Assembly (NCBI GenBank): GCA_964035545.1
Contig: OZ037767.1
Coordinates: 20,042,628 to 20,106,627 of the forward strand
DNA from: Bugula neritina
Lineage: Eukaryota > Animalia > Bryozoa
Length of the DNA: 64,000 bases
Direction of reading: 5' to 3'
Each line of letters begins with the position of its first letter. Position 1 is the first letter of the stretch. Position numbers and translations under genes: made by a program. This document shows positions 38,901-54,200 of the stretch, piece by piece. The notes below the pieces were generated by a model. That model searched no databases. It was not told the origin of the DNA and saw only the letters and a list, made by a program, of their open reading frames with translations.

Positions 38901-41137
38901 GTAAGTCCTGTATTTTATAGAAACTGTCCCTTGTAGTCTCTCACAATCTCTGTTTTGTTTTTACTGAAACTTGTATTTTAGAGAACTCCATGACAAAGTC
39001 AAGAATTACTTATTTGGTGCTATAAAATTGTCTGCTGGAGATATTGACCCAGATGTTCAGGTTTGTGTTTTCAATTCTCCTATGTGCGTCTGTCTTTATG
39101 TCCGCCTCTTTATTTCACTTGGTTAGCTATCTTTTCCCTGTATAATTTATCTTTATTAACTCGTCTCTAGTCAGTATAACTCTATATTTCGTATTGAAAT
39201 ATTATATTCTAAAGATTGTCAAGTTTTTGATGAAACTGAAACTGGTATTATTTCAATGCTTGAGGCTTTTTAAGGCTAAATAACAACTGCTTGGTTAGTG
39301 TATGACTTTATTATCTTCTTTTTATTCTTTTTTTAAAGCACCACCCTTCTTCATAGAATTACTAGTTTACTACCCTTAGGCTAACATACTATATGTATAA
39401 TTTATATTGCTATCAAGTCGCCCAACTCATCTTAAGAGGTTATGGGGAGTGGAAAGTCTTTTAAAAGTTAAATTTTGCCGAATTAGTATTGAGCAGCTCA
39501 AGTATAACTTATGGCCGTGGTTCACACAAATACTGTACTATTTATTACTTCTGGAATAAAAATAATTTGGGGAGAGTTTCTGCTGCCCTGAAAATACTCT
39601 TGAGAAAATTTAGGAAACTTTATAAAATGTTGATAAGATTTTTAGTCAAGAATTGATAATTCAAGTGTGACCTGTTGTTTCAGTGTGCCATGGGAGTGCT
39701 GTTTAACCTGTCTGGTGAGTACGACAAAGCTGTCGACTGCTTTAGAACCGCCCTGCAAGTCACCCCCAAGGTACAACTTCTGTATCCACTACTTTTACTT
39801 ACATTCACTTGTCTAAATCAACTCTACTCTACTATACCAGCAATAATTAGGAAGTTCTAAAAATAGTTGATGTGATTATTTCTTCAAACTGACTGATTGT
39901 GATTAAATGTGGTTGAATTAACATTTTAATATCAATTATTACTGTTACATAAATCAAAAACCACTCTTTGTATAACCTGAGAATGTCTTGTTAGGATGCT
40001 TTGCTGTGGAATAGACTGGGTGCTACCCTTGCTAACAGTCACCGTAGTGAGGAGGCTGTAGACGCGTACCGTAATGCCCTCAGCATATCACCTGGTTTTA
40101 TCAGATGTAGATTTAATCTAGGCATTGCCTGCTTCAACCTGCACGCCTACAGGTGAGTTCAAGGCGTGCTTCATGTGATGAACTTTGTTCCTTACACTCT
40201 AACCGGCAACTTAAGTTTAATTAAGTTTATTTATAATGTATGTCAGTTTAATTTCTAATTTCTTTGATGAGCCAACGTTACATAATAGATGGTGGCTACT
40301 ATTTTGATCTTCTTTTGGAAAACATCCAAAGTAATTGATGAAAAAGTACTTGCCTCTTCATTTCCATGCATTGTGAAGTGCTTATATGCACTGTTACACT
40401 TTTCTCTCTGATTTAGTCTAATCTGCCAACACACTAGGGCTGTTAGTACGACGCCCTCACTTCCAATCCCTGGGCTCCACTGCCAAATCCTCTACCCACT
40501 CATCCATTTTCTGGGCATGGCTCAATGCGAACACTCCCACCGCTATGTTCACATCCGCAATTGTTAGATTTTATAAACCGTACCAAATTTACTAAAGTGT
40601 TGTTAGCTTAATTAGAATATATCACTGTTGAATTCATGGCAGCTTCAGATGTTTAATTATGCTGTGTTTTGATTTAAAATAACTAAAATGATATCAAAGT
40701 GTAATATGCAATACCATAACATATGCTGTGATATACTGCGTCTATATTTGAATTACTTAAATTGTACAACATATAATGCCACGGTATTATTTGTTGTATT
40801 GTTATTTTTTAGCAAACTTATGTAACAAAAGCCAGTTGCACTTGTTTAACTTTTGAGAATAGCTACACCTTGTCTATATTTTATACACATATCACCTTAG
40901 CTTTTGTTCTGCTATACAAATTTCTGTTATTACAGGGAGGCTGTGGAACACTACTTACAAGCATTAACCATGCAGAAACAAGGTAAAGGGCCCAAGGGAG
41001 AAAACTCCATTATGTCCGACAATATTTGGTCAACTTTACGTGGCACTATCGCCTTGACCGGACGTACAGACTTGTTCAATGAGTGTGAGACGAGAGATCT
41101 TGACGCTCTAAACAAAGCTTTCAACATCACAACATGA
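32992..41137 (+). CDS. PEX5: Peroxisomal targeting signal 1 receptor
   Basis: Exons 32992-33153, 33384-33519, 34057-~34267, 34958-35090, 35312-35395, 35744-35913, 36505-36553, 36923-37137, 37276-37461, 38982-39060, 39684-39770, 39995-40152, 40936-41137. N-terminal [13 protein letters not shown] (conserved Cys), WxxxF motifs (WAQQF, WTKPF, WVSQF), TPRs ([42 protein letters not shown]) and [10 protein letters not shown]. Confidence 0.96.
33530..33640. repeat. ~31-bp repeat (actctcggtctaactctcactgtcagtcatg), 3-4 copies
   Basis: Starts about 10 bp after the donor at 33520. Confidence 0.8.
34361..34950. repeat. 20-bp minisatellite (tactatacgttgttactgta), about 28 copies
   Basis: Ends at the acceptor 34957; source of three overlapping repetitive ORFs. 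Confidence 0.95.
36696..36922. repeat. ~37-bp repeat (cagtagtattcaggtttatctcccctgtctctcctgt), about 6 copies, ending in the acceptor
   Basis: The last unit provides the ...ctcctgtcag|GTG acceptor of PEX5 exon 36923. Confidence 0.9.
37495..38470. repeat. 27-bp AT-rich minisatellite (atatagtatatatcagtatataatatg), about 35 copies
   Basis: Begins shortly after the donor at 37462; 9-aa periodic ORF on the minus strand. Confidence 0.95.
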
Positions 41138-42277
41138 TACACAGCTGGCTCGTTTTTATATACCACATGATCCATATTAGTCTGGATTCGTGCTTCATCA
41201 GGCTGTATTTTTATAAATTGCCAAATTTAATACCTCCAATTCTGCTGCATTCGTTTATTATATTTATTATATTATATTTATGTAAATTTTTCACCAGTTC
41301 TTGCAAGAGTTATTATCCCATGATCATGGCTATCAAATATGCAATATAGCACACCTAGTTAGGAATAAGTCTAATCTGAATATGCATTTTGGGGTATCTA
41401 TAGATTAATTTTTCCACTTCAATTACTATCAGTCATCGTTTAATTTTTACTACCATAGATAATCAACTTGTAAGGGAACAAACATTATCAGAATATAAAT
41501 TATCAAAATGATCTAGTGCTTTCAGCTTGCTATCAATAGTAACAGTAGGCATTGTATTCAATCACAAAGCTGGGTATGTACTACACTCTACAACTCTGAT
41601 ATGTTAAGATTTTCATGCCATTCGGAAACTATGGAAACCTTTAACAAATCGCCATGTCAAATGTTTATTCCAAGAAGAATTATTGACTGGATTAATCAAA
41701 AACAATAAACTAAGTCACATTAAGTAAACAAATCATTAAAAAGAATACTGATAAAACTGCAACAACACATCATTCAACAAGCCACTCATTTCTCATATAA
41801 AATTCAGTAGATTTAAAACAAAAATATTATTAAATTTTCCAGTATCGCATAGAGGTTAGGCTTAAATAGTTGCATAATTATTCATTGCAAATTTCTGACT
41901 GTCTTATAAAAAAATAAACAATATTCATATTCATAGAAAATAATTAAAAATGATAATACTGTGTACAAAATTTCAACATTATTTTACATATGTACAAAAA
42001 TTTTCACCATGTGGTCGTGTGCAGCCATATTAAATACACCTGATACTAGTAGATGAAATATTTACCAACTGACCATTTAAGAAACAACTCTGCTAAGTAT
42101 AGATTTTAGCACCAAATATTAAAATTTAATATGGGTTACTGTTTTGTTGTAAGCCTGGCGAAAGCAAGGAAGAGCCACAAGACTAGCAGCTTTATGTAGG
42201 TAGGGTTGGATAGGTATACACCCGCAGCATGCATCTATGTCACTAGGATATGTAGTCTAGGTAGAGCTAACTATAGA

Positions 42278-45200
42278 CTAGTCGGAGTCCATACTGCTGT
42301 TGTAAACTGTGGTATGGTTGCCACTCTGACGAACCTTCACAATTTCTCTCCAAATACGGCACTCTACACCACCCCTGTGGAAAGAAATCACAAATAAAAC
42401 CACCATTAAAATGCTATAGGACCAGACAGTAGAATAATGGGAAGCAAATCTACAGACTGAAGCAAAATGGAAGGAGACAAACCTTAGATTCATGCGACGC
42501 AAATCATCCCTGGAAACCAGTTCCATGATATCGCTAAATGTATATTCTTCGGCGACGAACTTGGATATGGTCAGTCGGTCACAGGAAAGAGATTCCAGCC
42601 AGCGAACCAGCTTGTCATCAGAGGGAACCTGTCAGAGCAAAGGAAGAGAATGTAACCATTTCTGGTGAGGGTTTGTATCTGCCTCATTTTAGGTGATGTG
42701 AGAGCCAAGTTAGAGAGATGAAGTTGGTGTATTGACTCAGTTTTATTGACGTGACAATGTCAGTATGTATAGTTAAAGCAAACTCAGACGTAGAAAGAAC
42801 GTATCTGAACTAGTTTTAGAGCCAAATAGATACAATCTCGAATAAATTATGAAAATTATATGCTTATCATTAACAGAGATGTGTTTATCGTGAGAACGAA
42901 TGCATAATGCAGATAAAACGTGAATAGGGCATGCAGTGCAGTAAAGCTGGCACTGGCCTATATTAATTTATGATGGAATAAATTCTGTCAAAGATCAAAG
43001 TATTAGAATATTGAGTTATAGACTATTAGCTGGAAGTTAATGTGACGTGATAAAGTTTATGGTCCTTCAGAGTCTACTGTACAGTAAATACATTCACCAT
43101 ATTACATCAACAGTGGAACATCTACCTGGGGAGAAGATAGCTGAGGTACAGTGGTGTTGATTTCAGGGCTGTTGGGCTGCCCATCTGACATTGTTGATGG
43201 TGAACCTACACTAAAGATATTTGCACCAATAGCAAGCGGCGTAGGAGGTGGCATGGTAATGGCGTCTCTGTAATAGAACAAGTAATGTATTACCACACGA
43301 AACATTAGTCTGTTCCCATACCAGACTTTATTGAGCCAGCTACAAATGTGCAAAATAAACTAATAAGGTAAAAACCTACGTTAGATTCTGAACATGAACT
43401 TGTCTCTCACGGAGTAGACTCTGTAGAAGCTGCCGGTAGTTCTTGTCGACAGCGTTGAGTTCAGTCAGCAGTTTGTAGCGACTCTCCTCCGACTTGAAGT
43501 ACTCCTCCTGTAGTTTCTGAATATCCTGTAATTTATCAGAATCGTCGACCTAAGGAACCAAAGTACAACCAGCATGCAGCCATCATCTCACAGTGCCACC
43601 TACAGGTCAACTCTACCTACAGGTCAACTCTACCTACAGGTTAACTCTACCTACAGGTCAACTCTACCTACAGGTCAACTCTACCTACAGGTCAACTCTA
43701 CCTACAGGTCAACTCTACCTACAGGTCAACTCTACCTACAGGTCAACTCTACCTACAGGTTAACTCTACCTACAGGTTAACTCTACCTACAGGTTAACTC
43801 TACCTACAGGTCAACTCTACTCTACAGGTCAACTCTACCTACAGGTCAACTCTACCTACAGGTCAACTCTACCTACAGGTCAACTCCTATCTAATAAAAA
43901 ACAACAAAGAAGGGAAGAAAAACTAAACATCTAGTTTGAATAAATGTTTAAAACGAATCTTCACACATCTTAACGTTTATTTTGTTAAACTAACACAAAA
44001 TTTGACAAAAAACACTTCAGTAGTTGAATTAGCACAGTGAAGTTTCATTTTCTATAAATATTGTTTTAAGTTTCATGTAAAAAAGAAACTGAAAGTTTGT
44101 TGCCATAACTTTTTGGTGACAATTTTAAATACGCAGTTTTTTTGTCAAGTTGCACCATTTTTAATCAGCACTAGCGTGCATGGAAAAAACATGGTCACCC
44201 AGTGACCACACAATGCTGAACTACACAACGCCAGTTTAAAACATAAGATGCAGAAGGTTGGGAGGGGTTCATTGCAGAGTTACACACAACAGGAAATAGA
44301 GACCCTGGCTACGTTTCTACTTGACAACTATTATAATAAACCATATTTTAGAATTTAGAAATTACAGGAGCGTTTGCAAGCAACAAGAGAGAAACTTTAG
44401 ATACACGTCTATAAAACAGTGGCACAACTGGAGTGATGAAAAGATGGGGGACAAAGGATAAACTGGGTCTAATACCATGACTCTATGGCGGTCTACTTCT
44501 GTGGCCTCACATTCCTTCCACCCATCCAGCTGTCAAACAGCAGCAACAATAATCTAGATATCAAATTTTTAAAACTAATCTCTAGTAACTATATACTATT
44601 GAAAAGCGGAGGATGAAAACTTACCTTTCGGTATTTACTGATAGTTTCCCCATCTATAGACTCAGAACTGAGAAAACTGACGGATGTGTGGAGGGTGGGA
44701 GAGGCATCATCGTGGACAGAATCATCCGACCTCAATTGCGGCGTGAGAAACTCAATAGAATGTTTTATAGTCGCTTTCAAAAAGTCATCAAATGTGAACA
44801 TCCAGTGAGGGGGCATCTGACGCTCCTTCAGTATTTTCACAGACTAAAAGTTGGCAAAAGACGAGTTGAGATGTGAACTTCCTAACAGTTTAGTACATAC
44901 ATTATATACAGACGTACTGGGGTACAGACGTACTGGGGTACGGACGTACTGAGATACAGACGTACTGAGATGCAGGCATACTGATGTACTGAGATGCAGA
45001 CGTACTGAGATGCAGACGTACTGAGATGCAGACGTACTGAGATGCAGACGTACTGAGGTACAGACGTAGTGAGATGCAGGCATACTGATGTACTGAGATG
45101 CAGACGTACTAAGGTCCAGATGTATACTTACAGCATCATAGAGGGAGTAGATACTTCTCATTAGTTCCTCTACATTCATGTCCCCACACTGTATAGCCTC

Positions 45201-48200
45201 AGAGTGCAGCTCTTTAAGATAACTATCAAGGGTGGCGGCGTCCTGCGAGTTTATGAACTCCCTCATAGCCTTAGCTAGTGTCTGCATTTGAGTGTCAGTG
45301 AGACAGTGAGCCTGGTTAGACCTCTGGTCTTCTGCCCATATGCCACACAACTAGAACACAGTCTAACTTGTGTTACATTCAGTGACAACCATGCATGTAT
45401 AGTCAACACTCAACACATGTTGAACACACCAGGAGAATTATTGGCGATACATAAATGTTGGTTGATAAAAAATAAGCTTTCGGTGCCAAAATTCTTAGAT
45501 TAGTATTAAAAAATATTCTAATAAATGGAAATAATAAATTCACAACAAAAATGCTGATAATTTATAGCAATCAGAAACAACTGAGGGAGAGAATAAAGGG
45601 GGGAAGAGAAGAGCAGGATGGCAGTTTGAAATAGAGCTTCAAGGACAAGATATTATATAATCCTCATCACGTGACAAGCTGCCTAAACAGGACAGAGTGG
45701 AGATAGGTGAGGGTATTACATTACACACCACCTGGCCAGTGTGAATGTACAGATGAAAGAGAAACGAGACCTACAGGCTATGAAGGGGCGGGACATACCT
45801 TGAGGGCATCTTCCGTGAGGATGTCTATTAACATTGATCGTCTTTCTGCATCCTTCTTGAGGATAAATAGACCTCCACTTTCGGCGCTGCTGCAGCCTCG
45901 AGTTTCAAAAGAGGCAGCGCTGTCAACGGGTGGAGAGGTGAGGAAATCTTTAGGGGTCCCGGGAGTTCCAGGGTGAGTGTCGTAGTCCATGCTGAAACCA
46001 TAAAATAATTATCCATGCAGAAATAGAATCATACAAATTATTTTATTTTGCATTATTCTAATACCAACTACACTACAAGCCTAGTCCACTAAAACATCAT
46101 CACAACAAATAAAAATATGGTTTTCAACACAACACAACGAGTGAGAAGAAACAGCAAGCAAAAAAACTTCAAGCATAGAAACAATAAAACTGTAAGAAAA
46201 TTCACAAGCATAGCCAGTGTTGCCAAGATTGATCAGCTGGTAATACGGGTGGGGAGGGGGAGCCCCAACGCAGCATTATAAAACTCACTGAAACACCTAG
46301 CTTACGGGTAAGTAAAGTACCCATGTTATAGGCTAACAGACAGACAGGTACAAATAAATTAGCGAGTCAAGTTGTTTTCTGTGTTAAAATAAGCATTGGA
46401 TAGCAGGAGAGAGGCCAACGACGGCATGTTTAGGCTTACACTAGGCCAGTGGATGCCGGCCAGATGGGGCCTGTCAGCAAGACAGCCGGACTCATGGATT
46501 GGCTGGAAAATGAAAACATGCAGCGTGAACAGACGACATGATACAACACACCACTACTGGGGCAGCTCACAAGATTCTCAGGCGGAACACGAGTAGATTA
46601 GATGACGGAGGAGGCAGCTTAAGGAGAAACAGTGAGTAGAGACACACAACACACTAGTGAACTCAGATGAGGGTTGAGGAGACAACTTCACACAGTTGAC
46701 AAGGCAGGACAAGATGCATGACAATACAGCGTGTTGTTACATTAACCTGCTGAAGGGAAAGAACTTCCACGAGGAGGCGTGGGCTGAGGGTGAGCCAGAC
46801 GTAACTCTGTCAAAGAAACCCGAATCATGTGATCAGAGTAGCACAACAAAGCGGTAATCTAGCAATGAACTCTCGTACTTATAATATACCAGCTGTTGTA
46901 TAACTTTCTAGAAGTATATGTGTGATTTCACAAGGAAATATCGTAAATCTGCCCTGGTCAGTTCAGCAGAACTTTAGGTTGAGTTCTGAGTATTCAGTGT
47001 TTCAGACATCAAAGAACTCATAAATAAAATTGTTTAAAATTATTGCTAAGCAACAGTCACATGGCTCCACACAGACCTCTATACATATCTCACACAGACC
47101 CACCATATTAGAGACAGATGGCGACACCTTGATAGTATCCTAGACTAAAGATCTGGTAAAGGTGTCTGTACTATTGAGTTGTTTAACCAACACACCAAAC
47201 CAACACTCTAGGAAACAACTAAAGAACTAGGTTTACATTCCTTCACTGCCGCCAGCCAACAATAACTGCAATAAGAATGGTGATCAGAGTGGAGGGAGTA
47301 AATACTGTGTGTAGCACTGGCAAGGCCAGAGATGGTGAGTTGCTAGCACACAGTGTGACAGCTGGTGTGTGACTAGAGTGACAGCTGGTGTGTGACTAGA
47401 GTGCAATCCCCTGTAACCACGGCAACAAGGTAAACATATTTGGACTGACTATTAGTTGAGCAGTGAGCTAGCAGACGAAGGGGTTGGCCAAAGCACCGCA
47501 TGGAGTCTGGGGGGCCAAAGGCTACAGCTCGCATAGACAGGTTACATATAGTACAAAGAGAAGACAATTACCTGTGATGACACTGTGCATAAGTAGACAG
47601 AGACCTCTCCGTGCCTTCACTAGCATGTCTACCACTGCTGTAATAGACATCAATGTAGTGTGAACAGTGTAGAGTACAGTAAAGACATAGATTGTAATGA
47701 CATAGAGTTATACCAACTCTAATGCGTCTATATTATTAGTAATGAGTGCATCACTTCACTTTAGACAGGGCTAATAAGCTAGAGTGATGGGGACATATTA
47801 CTAGTCTAGTAAATTCAAGCTACACACACAGCATATAGTAAAGGAGCAACTGTAGCAACACACAGCTGTGGTATTCTGCAGCAATCACGGAGCTGTGGTA
47901 TTCTGCAGCAAACATGGAAGTTGCAAATTATGGAAATCAACACAAAATTCAGAGCTGCGTTTGAGAGCTGCACACAGCGAACGATGCAAAGGGACAGAGA
48001 AATTTCAACTAGCATTAGCTGGCAGCCATATTTGTACTACCTGGGCTTTTCCAGAACTCTTACAACAAAGAGTTAACCAATAATATTAATATTTCACGCA
48101 ACATCATAGAATAAACATGGCAAACACAGCATGGTGGTATATCGTATGAATAACTGAGTGTGGGGTTGAGAGGTGAAGGAGGAGCAACTTACGGTCTGAG

Positions 48201-51200
48201 GTGAGCATTCGGTGGAGGAAGGACAACTCTCAACTTGGGATTGTGATGTGTTCGTGATTCTGGTGAGGTGACGGGGCTGGATCCTGTTTGACCTCCGAGA
48301 GCCGGTACTGAAATATAACAGAGCAGGTGACTAGTGAGTGAGTACTCAAACTACAGTGATACTCAGACTATATACTCAGACTACAGTGATACTCAGACTA
48401 TATACTAAGACTATATACTCAGACTATAGTAATACTCAGACTATATACTCAGACTATATACTAAAACTATATACTCAGACTATAGTAATACTCAGACTAT
48501 ATACTTAGACTATATACTAAAACTATATACTCAGACTACAGTGATACTCATGAAGTTGAAAACTTAGGCTAAACATATCATACTATCTAGAAAGGAAGAG
48601 AACTATAAAGTATAAACTATAGCCTACAGTGATGGACATTTGGCAGCCCAGTGCATGTTTGGAATATTTGAAATGCTTGCCGCATCCTAGAATGTTTGAC
48701 TAGTGGAGATGGGATCAATGGATATAATACACCACAAATCATTCACTGATTTGCTCCCACCTCAGTGGGTGTGTCTCAATTCTGACTATATCAAGGAGGT
48801 GTACAGTCCACCTGTGTCAGGTAAAAATGGTACATTTTTTATTAGGGTTTGGAGTAGGGTTGGGTGTTTGGGATGGGGGTTTACGTTGGGGAAAATTTAA
48901 CATCAGTGTGCCATTTTTTTCTACTTCTACTTGTCCATTTGTGCCATTATTATCTGTGTCATTTCTACCTAACATCTAGTTCACAATACACCCTGTAACC
49001 CACCATTTCAACTAAGTTCTGCTGCATGAGCTGTGTTCTATTGGACAAAACAGGGTTACTAATGGCTGGTTAAGTTACCCACCCTCATTCTTCAATTCTC
49101 CAGGTTGTGGCCATAGTATAATTTAATTAAGCAAGTCATTAGATTAGCAAACTATATTAGTTGAATGACTTTCTCCTAGAATTCAATGCCATATTTACTA
49201 GTAGTGCTTGAGTTGGATAATACAGTGTTTAGTGGTTGGAGAGTGCACAACTCTAGTGCATAGTGTCCACTTCACATTCACATGTTATAGGGAGATGATC
49301 TGATGCAGCTAACACGCATATTTGGGAAGCTAAGCTGGCTGGTGTGAGAGACTAGGTGGGAATATAAACCATAGACTGTCTGCAAGGTCTAGTATTACCT
49401 TAGCCATTGAATACAAAACACCTATTCAACACCCATATCTGAGCAACACCAAGTTATCTAACAAAGAATAGCCCCTGGCTTACTCCAGCCAATAGTGATG
49501 TTATCTAAGATTTATTAAGTTCGGTTAGAGCTAATAGAGCAATGGATAGGTGGAGGCCAGGTGGCTGCCTGTGATTGGCTGGAAAAGTTGCAAATGCCTA
49601 AACTCAGTGTTATTATTGGACAACAAATCAGCCAAATTTAAGTTTCCCTGAAAGCCCATTAGTTTGCAATGAGTCTAAAGATAGAGCAAATAAGTTTTTA
49701 TGAGTAGAATAGTCAACACTTATAGTCAGACAACTTCAGGAGAGAATAACTGCATAATATATAGCCCTAGGACCTAGGACGTCCACACAGCCTATCTATG
49801 AACACAATTCTCAAACAGAAGCTGAATATCAACCAGTATGTCCAGCCCATGCTCAGGTCAGATGGTATTCAACATGTATACTGCTAGATATAATGCTAGA
49901 TGGAATGCAGCCAACAGCATTTGGCTCACAGCCAAATGCTTCTGATTCTAATATACTTCAACTTCCACTACCAGAGCTAACCTGTGCAGGCAGGTGATGG
50001 CAGGTGGTAGCTGGTGATGCAGTGCAAGGGGCTGGCACACGCTCTAACAAGGTCAAGCTCATGGCTGAGGAATGTTGATTGGCGACAGCTCTGTGTGCTA
50101 TCAAAGCTACTTCTTGCTGTCATAAATCACACAAACGGCAACAAAAATGTTTTTACATTCTCTGCCAATCCCGCGCTAGGCTAGCTGCCATGGGAAACCA
50201 AGCATGCGTGGCAATTCCTATAAACCCGTGTTAATTCGTGACACAGCATCGAGATCTAACATTACATAACAGTTATTTTGGAAAGAGAAGGGATATTCTA
50301 CTTGAGTTAATTATGATGAGTTTAGTTCTGATTATTGAATAATATAATGAACAGTTGATTACACGCAGTTAGCATTGTACTAGCCAAGGGGTGAAGTGCA
50401 TAGTGCAGGCATACTAATAAATTCTACATCTACACCAGTAAGTGATGATATTTATAGCCCTAACCAAAAGCTGATCATCTGCAAACTGTCACCCCACACG
50501 CTATTTATATCCACTTCTCACCCACTTTTATCTCAATAGTGCAGATGCTGCATGGTTTGGGACTAAAAGTTCAGCTGATGGCCATATAAATTGTAATTCA
50601 AGACTAGAAAAACTGGTTCAATGAGTAACAGAGGCTACTAGGAGATCAGACTAGAAGGAGCCAAGACTATGAGGAACTGAGGCTACAGGAGAGATACCAG
50701 TAGATGACCGAATAGCAAGTCACAGTGGGTCAGCGGAAACCAGCCAATGACTGAGCTGAATTCCTAAATAATACATTCTGGAGTTGATTTATCCAGAAAC
50801 TAACAAGGGGCTTATTAAGAGCAGCGGCACACTTCAGAACAACGCAGGCTTGTATAGAAACAGGAGACATGAATGACATCTAGTTCAAACCCATTGGCAG
50901 CAAGGTCAACTCAACATTGTAGCTCACCAGCAGGGGTTGCTGCCCCACAATACACAACAGCTAATCAGCAACAGCAACCTCTCCCACATGGACTAGTACC
51001 ATGTATTACTAGACTGACAGTTACTAGTACCATGTATTACTAGACTGACAGTCACTAGTACCATGTATTACTAGACTGACAGAGTCACTAGTACCATGTA
51101 TTACTAGACTGACAGAGTAACTAGTACCATGTATTACTAGACTGACAGAGTAACTAGTGCCATGAATTACTAGACTAACAGAGTAACTAGTACCATGTAT

Positions 51201-54200
51201 TACTAGACTAACAGAGTAACTAGTACCATGTATTACTAGACTGACAGAGTAACTAGTACCATGTATTACTAGACTAACAGAGTAACTAGTACCATGTATT
51301 ACTAGACTGACAGAGTAACTAGTACCATGTATTACTAGACTGACAGAGTAACTAGTGCCATGAATTACTTCTACAGATGATGCCAACTCTAATGCAAACT
51401 GCAGCAACACTTTCCTTTACTTCGAAAAGCAAAAAATAACAATTTTTACAAGTTATGAAGCCTTTGTGTCTGGTTAACACCCAAATACTGCCTGTTATCA
51501 ACTGATGGAAAACAACTGCAGAACATTCCAGAAATAATATTTGAACAAAAGATAAATTTCCCTGAATGAGAGCAGAACTAAATCTTATCTATCTATATTC
51601 TATACATTAAATGAGGACAAGACAGTTAATTTGGTGCAATTTAGGCCAACATCGAGGTCAACACTAGAAGTCAGCAATGGAGGTCAACAGGTCATCACTC
51701 AGAGGTCAATAGGTGAACATTGATGTCCAAGCGGAAATGTACCATTACCTGGCCATTAATGGGCACTTTTCAAGAATTAAGCAACCATTCCCTACACTCA
51801 GCATAAGAACAAGTGAAGTAGTAAGCTCCCTGAAGAAAAGCTCAACTTCTAACATTACCTTTGATAGAAATACACAGTAATGTTACTTCTAAAGCAGAGA
51901 GTTAACTAACGGGGCACCATCATTGTAACTGTGGAGGTTTATGTGCAAGTTGAAGAGTGTTAGCAAGTGCTTGTGTGCCCAACTGGTCATCAACTCACAG
52001 ATACAAATTTCTCTAACAGAATATCTGCTTCCATTCTATTTGTACTCAATAAGTATATCCCAACACAACTCAACAAGATTACCACCTGAATACATAATAG
52101 CCATTCTAAAGGTTTATTGAAAGAGAATTTCAACTTTAGAGTGATTTAGAAGCATATGATATTTAACTGGACTTTATCTTCCTAGTGAAAGAGCTATTGA
52201 TTCAAGTGCTAGCAAATGGCAGGAATTAATATAATAACATAAAACCCTTGAAATGCTTAATAAGTTGTGGGCACAATGAGGTGATGATATATCAGAAGTA
52301 GAGTTGTAGCAGAACATGAGAGTTAACTGAAGCTGGGAAGTGATAAATCATAATTCTTCTATATACTCTTTCAGAACTTATGAGTGTCCAGCCATGCATT
52401 CATCAACTTTTTTATTCAGTCTCTCTCCCACAGGGCTAGGATTGACACAATTTGTAGAAGAGTTTGAGGTAGCGGGTGCTGATGTGTTTAAGAGCATAGC
52501 ATGAGGAACTGTAGTGACACCCATGTTCTAGCTTTTCTCTGATTATCAACAAATATGTAGTCATTAAAGTCTCGAAAAACCTAGTAAGTGCATGAATCTG
52601 ATTATATTTCTCTACACTCCCTCCTAAAAAATGTAAGTAATCAAATGTTGACAAACTTATACACTGCATAAATCTGATTATTGTGATATCAACTGGCAGG
52701 AGAGCAGTTCAAGTGTTAGCTAACAGGGAGAGGGGGGAGAGAGGAAGAGTAAAATGAACACTAGCGACTTTTGCACAGTGAAACACACCTGGAAGTTGGT
52801 AATTTATTACATCGGAACTCAAACTGTCTAGTATGGTGGCCACAATAGCCTTCAGTCTTACCACAAATGACTTACTTAGTACCTTAGTCTAAACTCTAAA
52901 GCCTTGGAGATGATGGTGAGGGGTTGAGACCATCAATACAAGTTCTAAACCACCAACTACACTTTATCAGACCACATTACTTGAGCACAGAGCACCACTT
53001 AATGCAGTATAGTAGTTAGTATACTGATATATAGTAGTTAGTATACTGATATATAGTAGTTAGTATACTGATATATAGTAGTTAGTATACTAATATAATT
53101 ATAGTAGTTAGTATATTGATATATAGTAGTTAGTATACTGATATATAGTAGTTAGTATACTGATATATAGTAGTTAGTATACTGATATATAGTAGTTAGT
53201 ATACTAATATAGTGACTATACACTCTTGATGAGATTAGGTTAACTGACAATTTCTCTCTCTGTTACAACAGATGGGAGATTTGACAGAGTTCCAATTTTC
53301 CCAGATGGCCACCACCAAACAACCTGATTAGATTAGATTACAGACACCATTATTATTCTAAACACCATTATTATTGTCCGATTATGTTGCTATCAATTAT
53401 CATTTCATATAATTTACTGTAATATATACTTTATGAAACCTCGAACTTTGCTTAGAGTTTCTATTTACTGTTATCATAATAACATGTTGTTGCCAACAAA
53501 AACTTGCTTTATTCTAAAGATGAGACTACATTATTTAACGGCTCCCCCATCAAACAGAGCGATAGAACAACTCCAGTACACTGACCCGCCAATAAACTAA
53601 TACAACAGCTAACTTCAAAACCAAACACCAAGCAAATGCTGCTGTTGTCACTAACCCTAACCAAGTTACCTCAAAACTATTCCAACAATTCACCACAGTA
53701 TCTCTAAACACCCATCACAAAGGTTTGACATGACAGTAAACAAAAAACATGGTAATTAATAGCCAACAGATGTCCTTTCACTGATGGAAATGCTGTAGAG
53801 ATTTGATAGTCAAATCCAAATATCAAACGCAGACAATGAACAATGTTATGGCACGGCTGCTCTAATGTGGCGACTGGGCTATTAATAGATTTCATATCTC
53901 TTTGTTCCATTGAATTTTTATATGGCTAGGAGTGACAGAGAGATAAAGGCGAGGGGCCTGGTTGATCGAGTATCCCGTAAGACAGTGTTCTGTTACTGCA
54001 TGCCCTGCCCCAGTGTTTGTTCAACCATCTTGGTACTGATTTGATGCATTAGTATTGGGTGCGACTTATAAACTAAAGTACATTCCCTTAACTTGACTGT
54101 AAAACTAAGAAGAACTTATGCACCATATAGCACTTTAGATTTGTGATGTCATGACGAAGTAGGTATTATATTATACAGAAATATTATACTTCTAGGGTAA

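Noticed and set aside
50993-51365. 33-bp and 41-bp arrays as possible CRISPR-like repeats
   Set aside because: Head-to-tail repeats without unique spacers, eukaryotic context, no cas genes.
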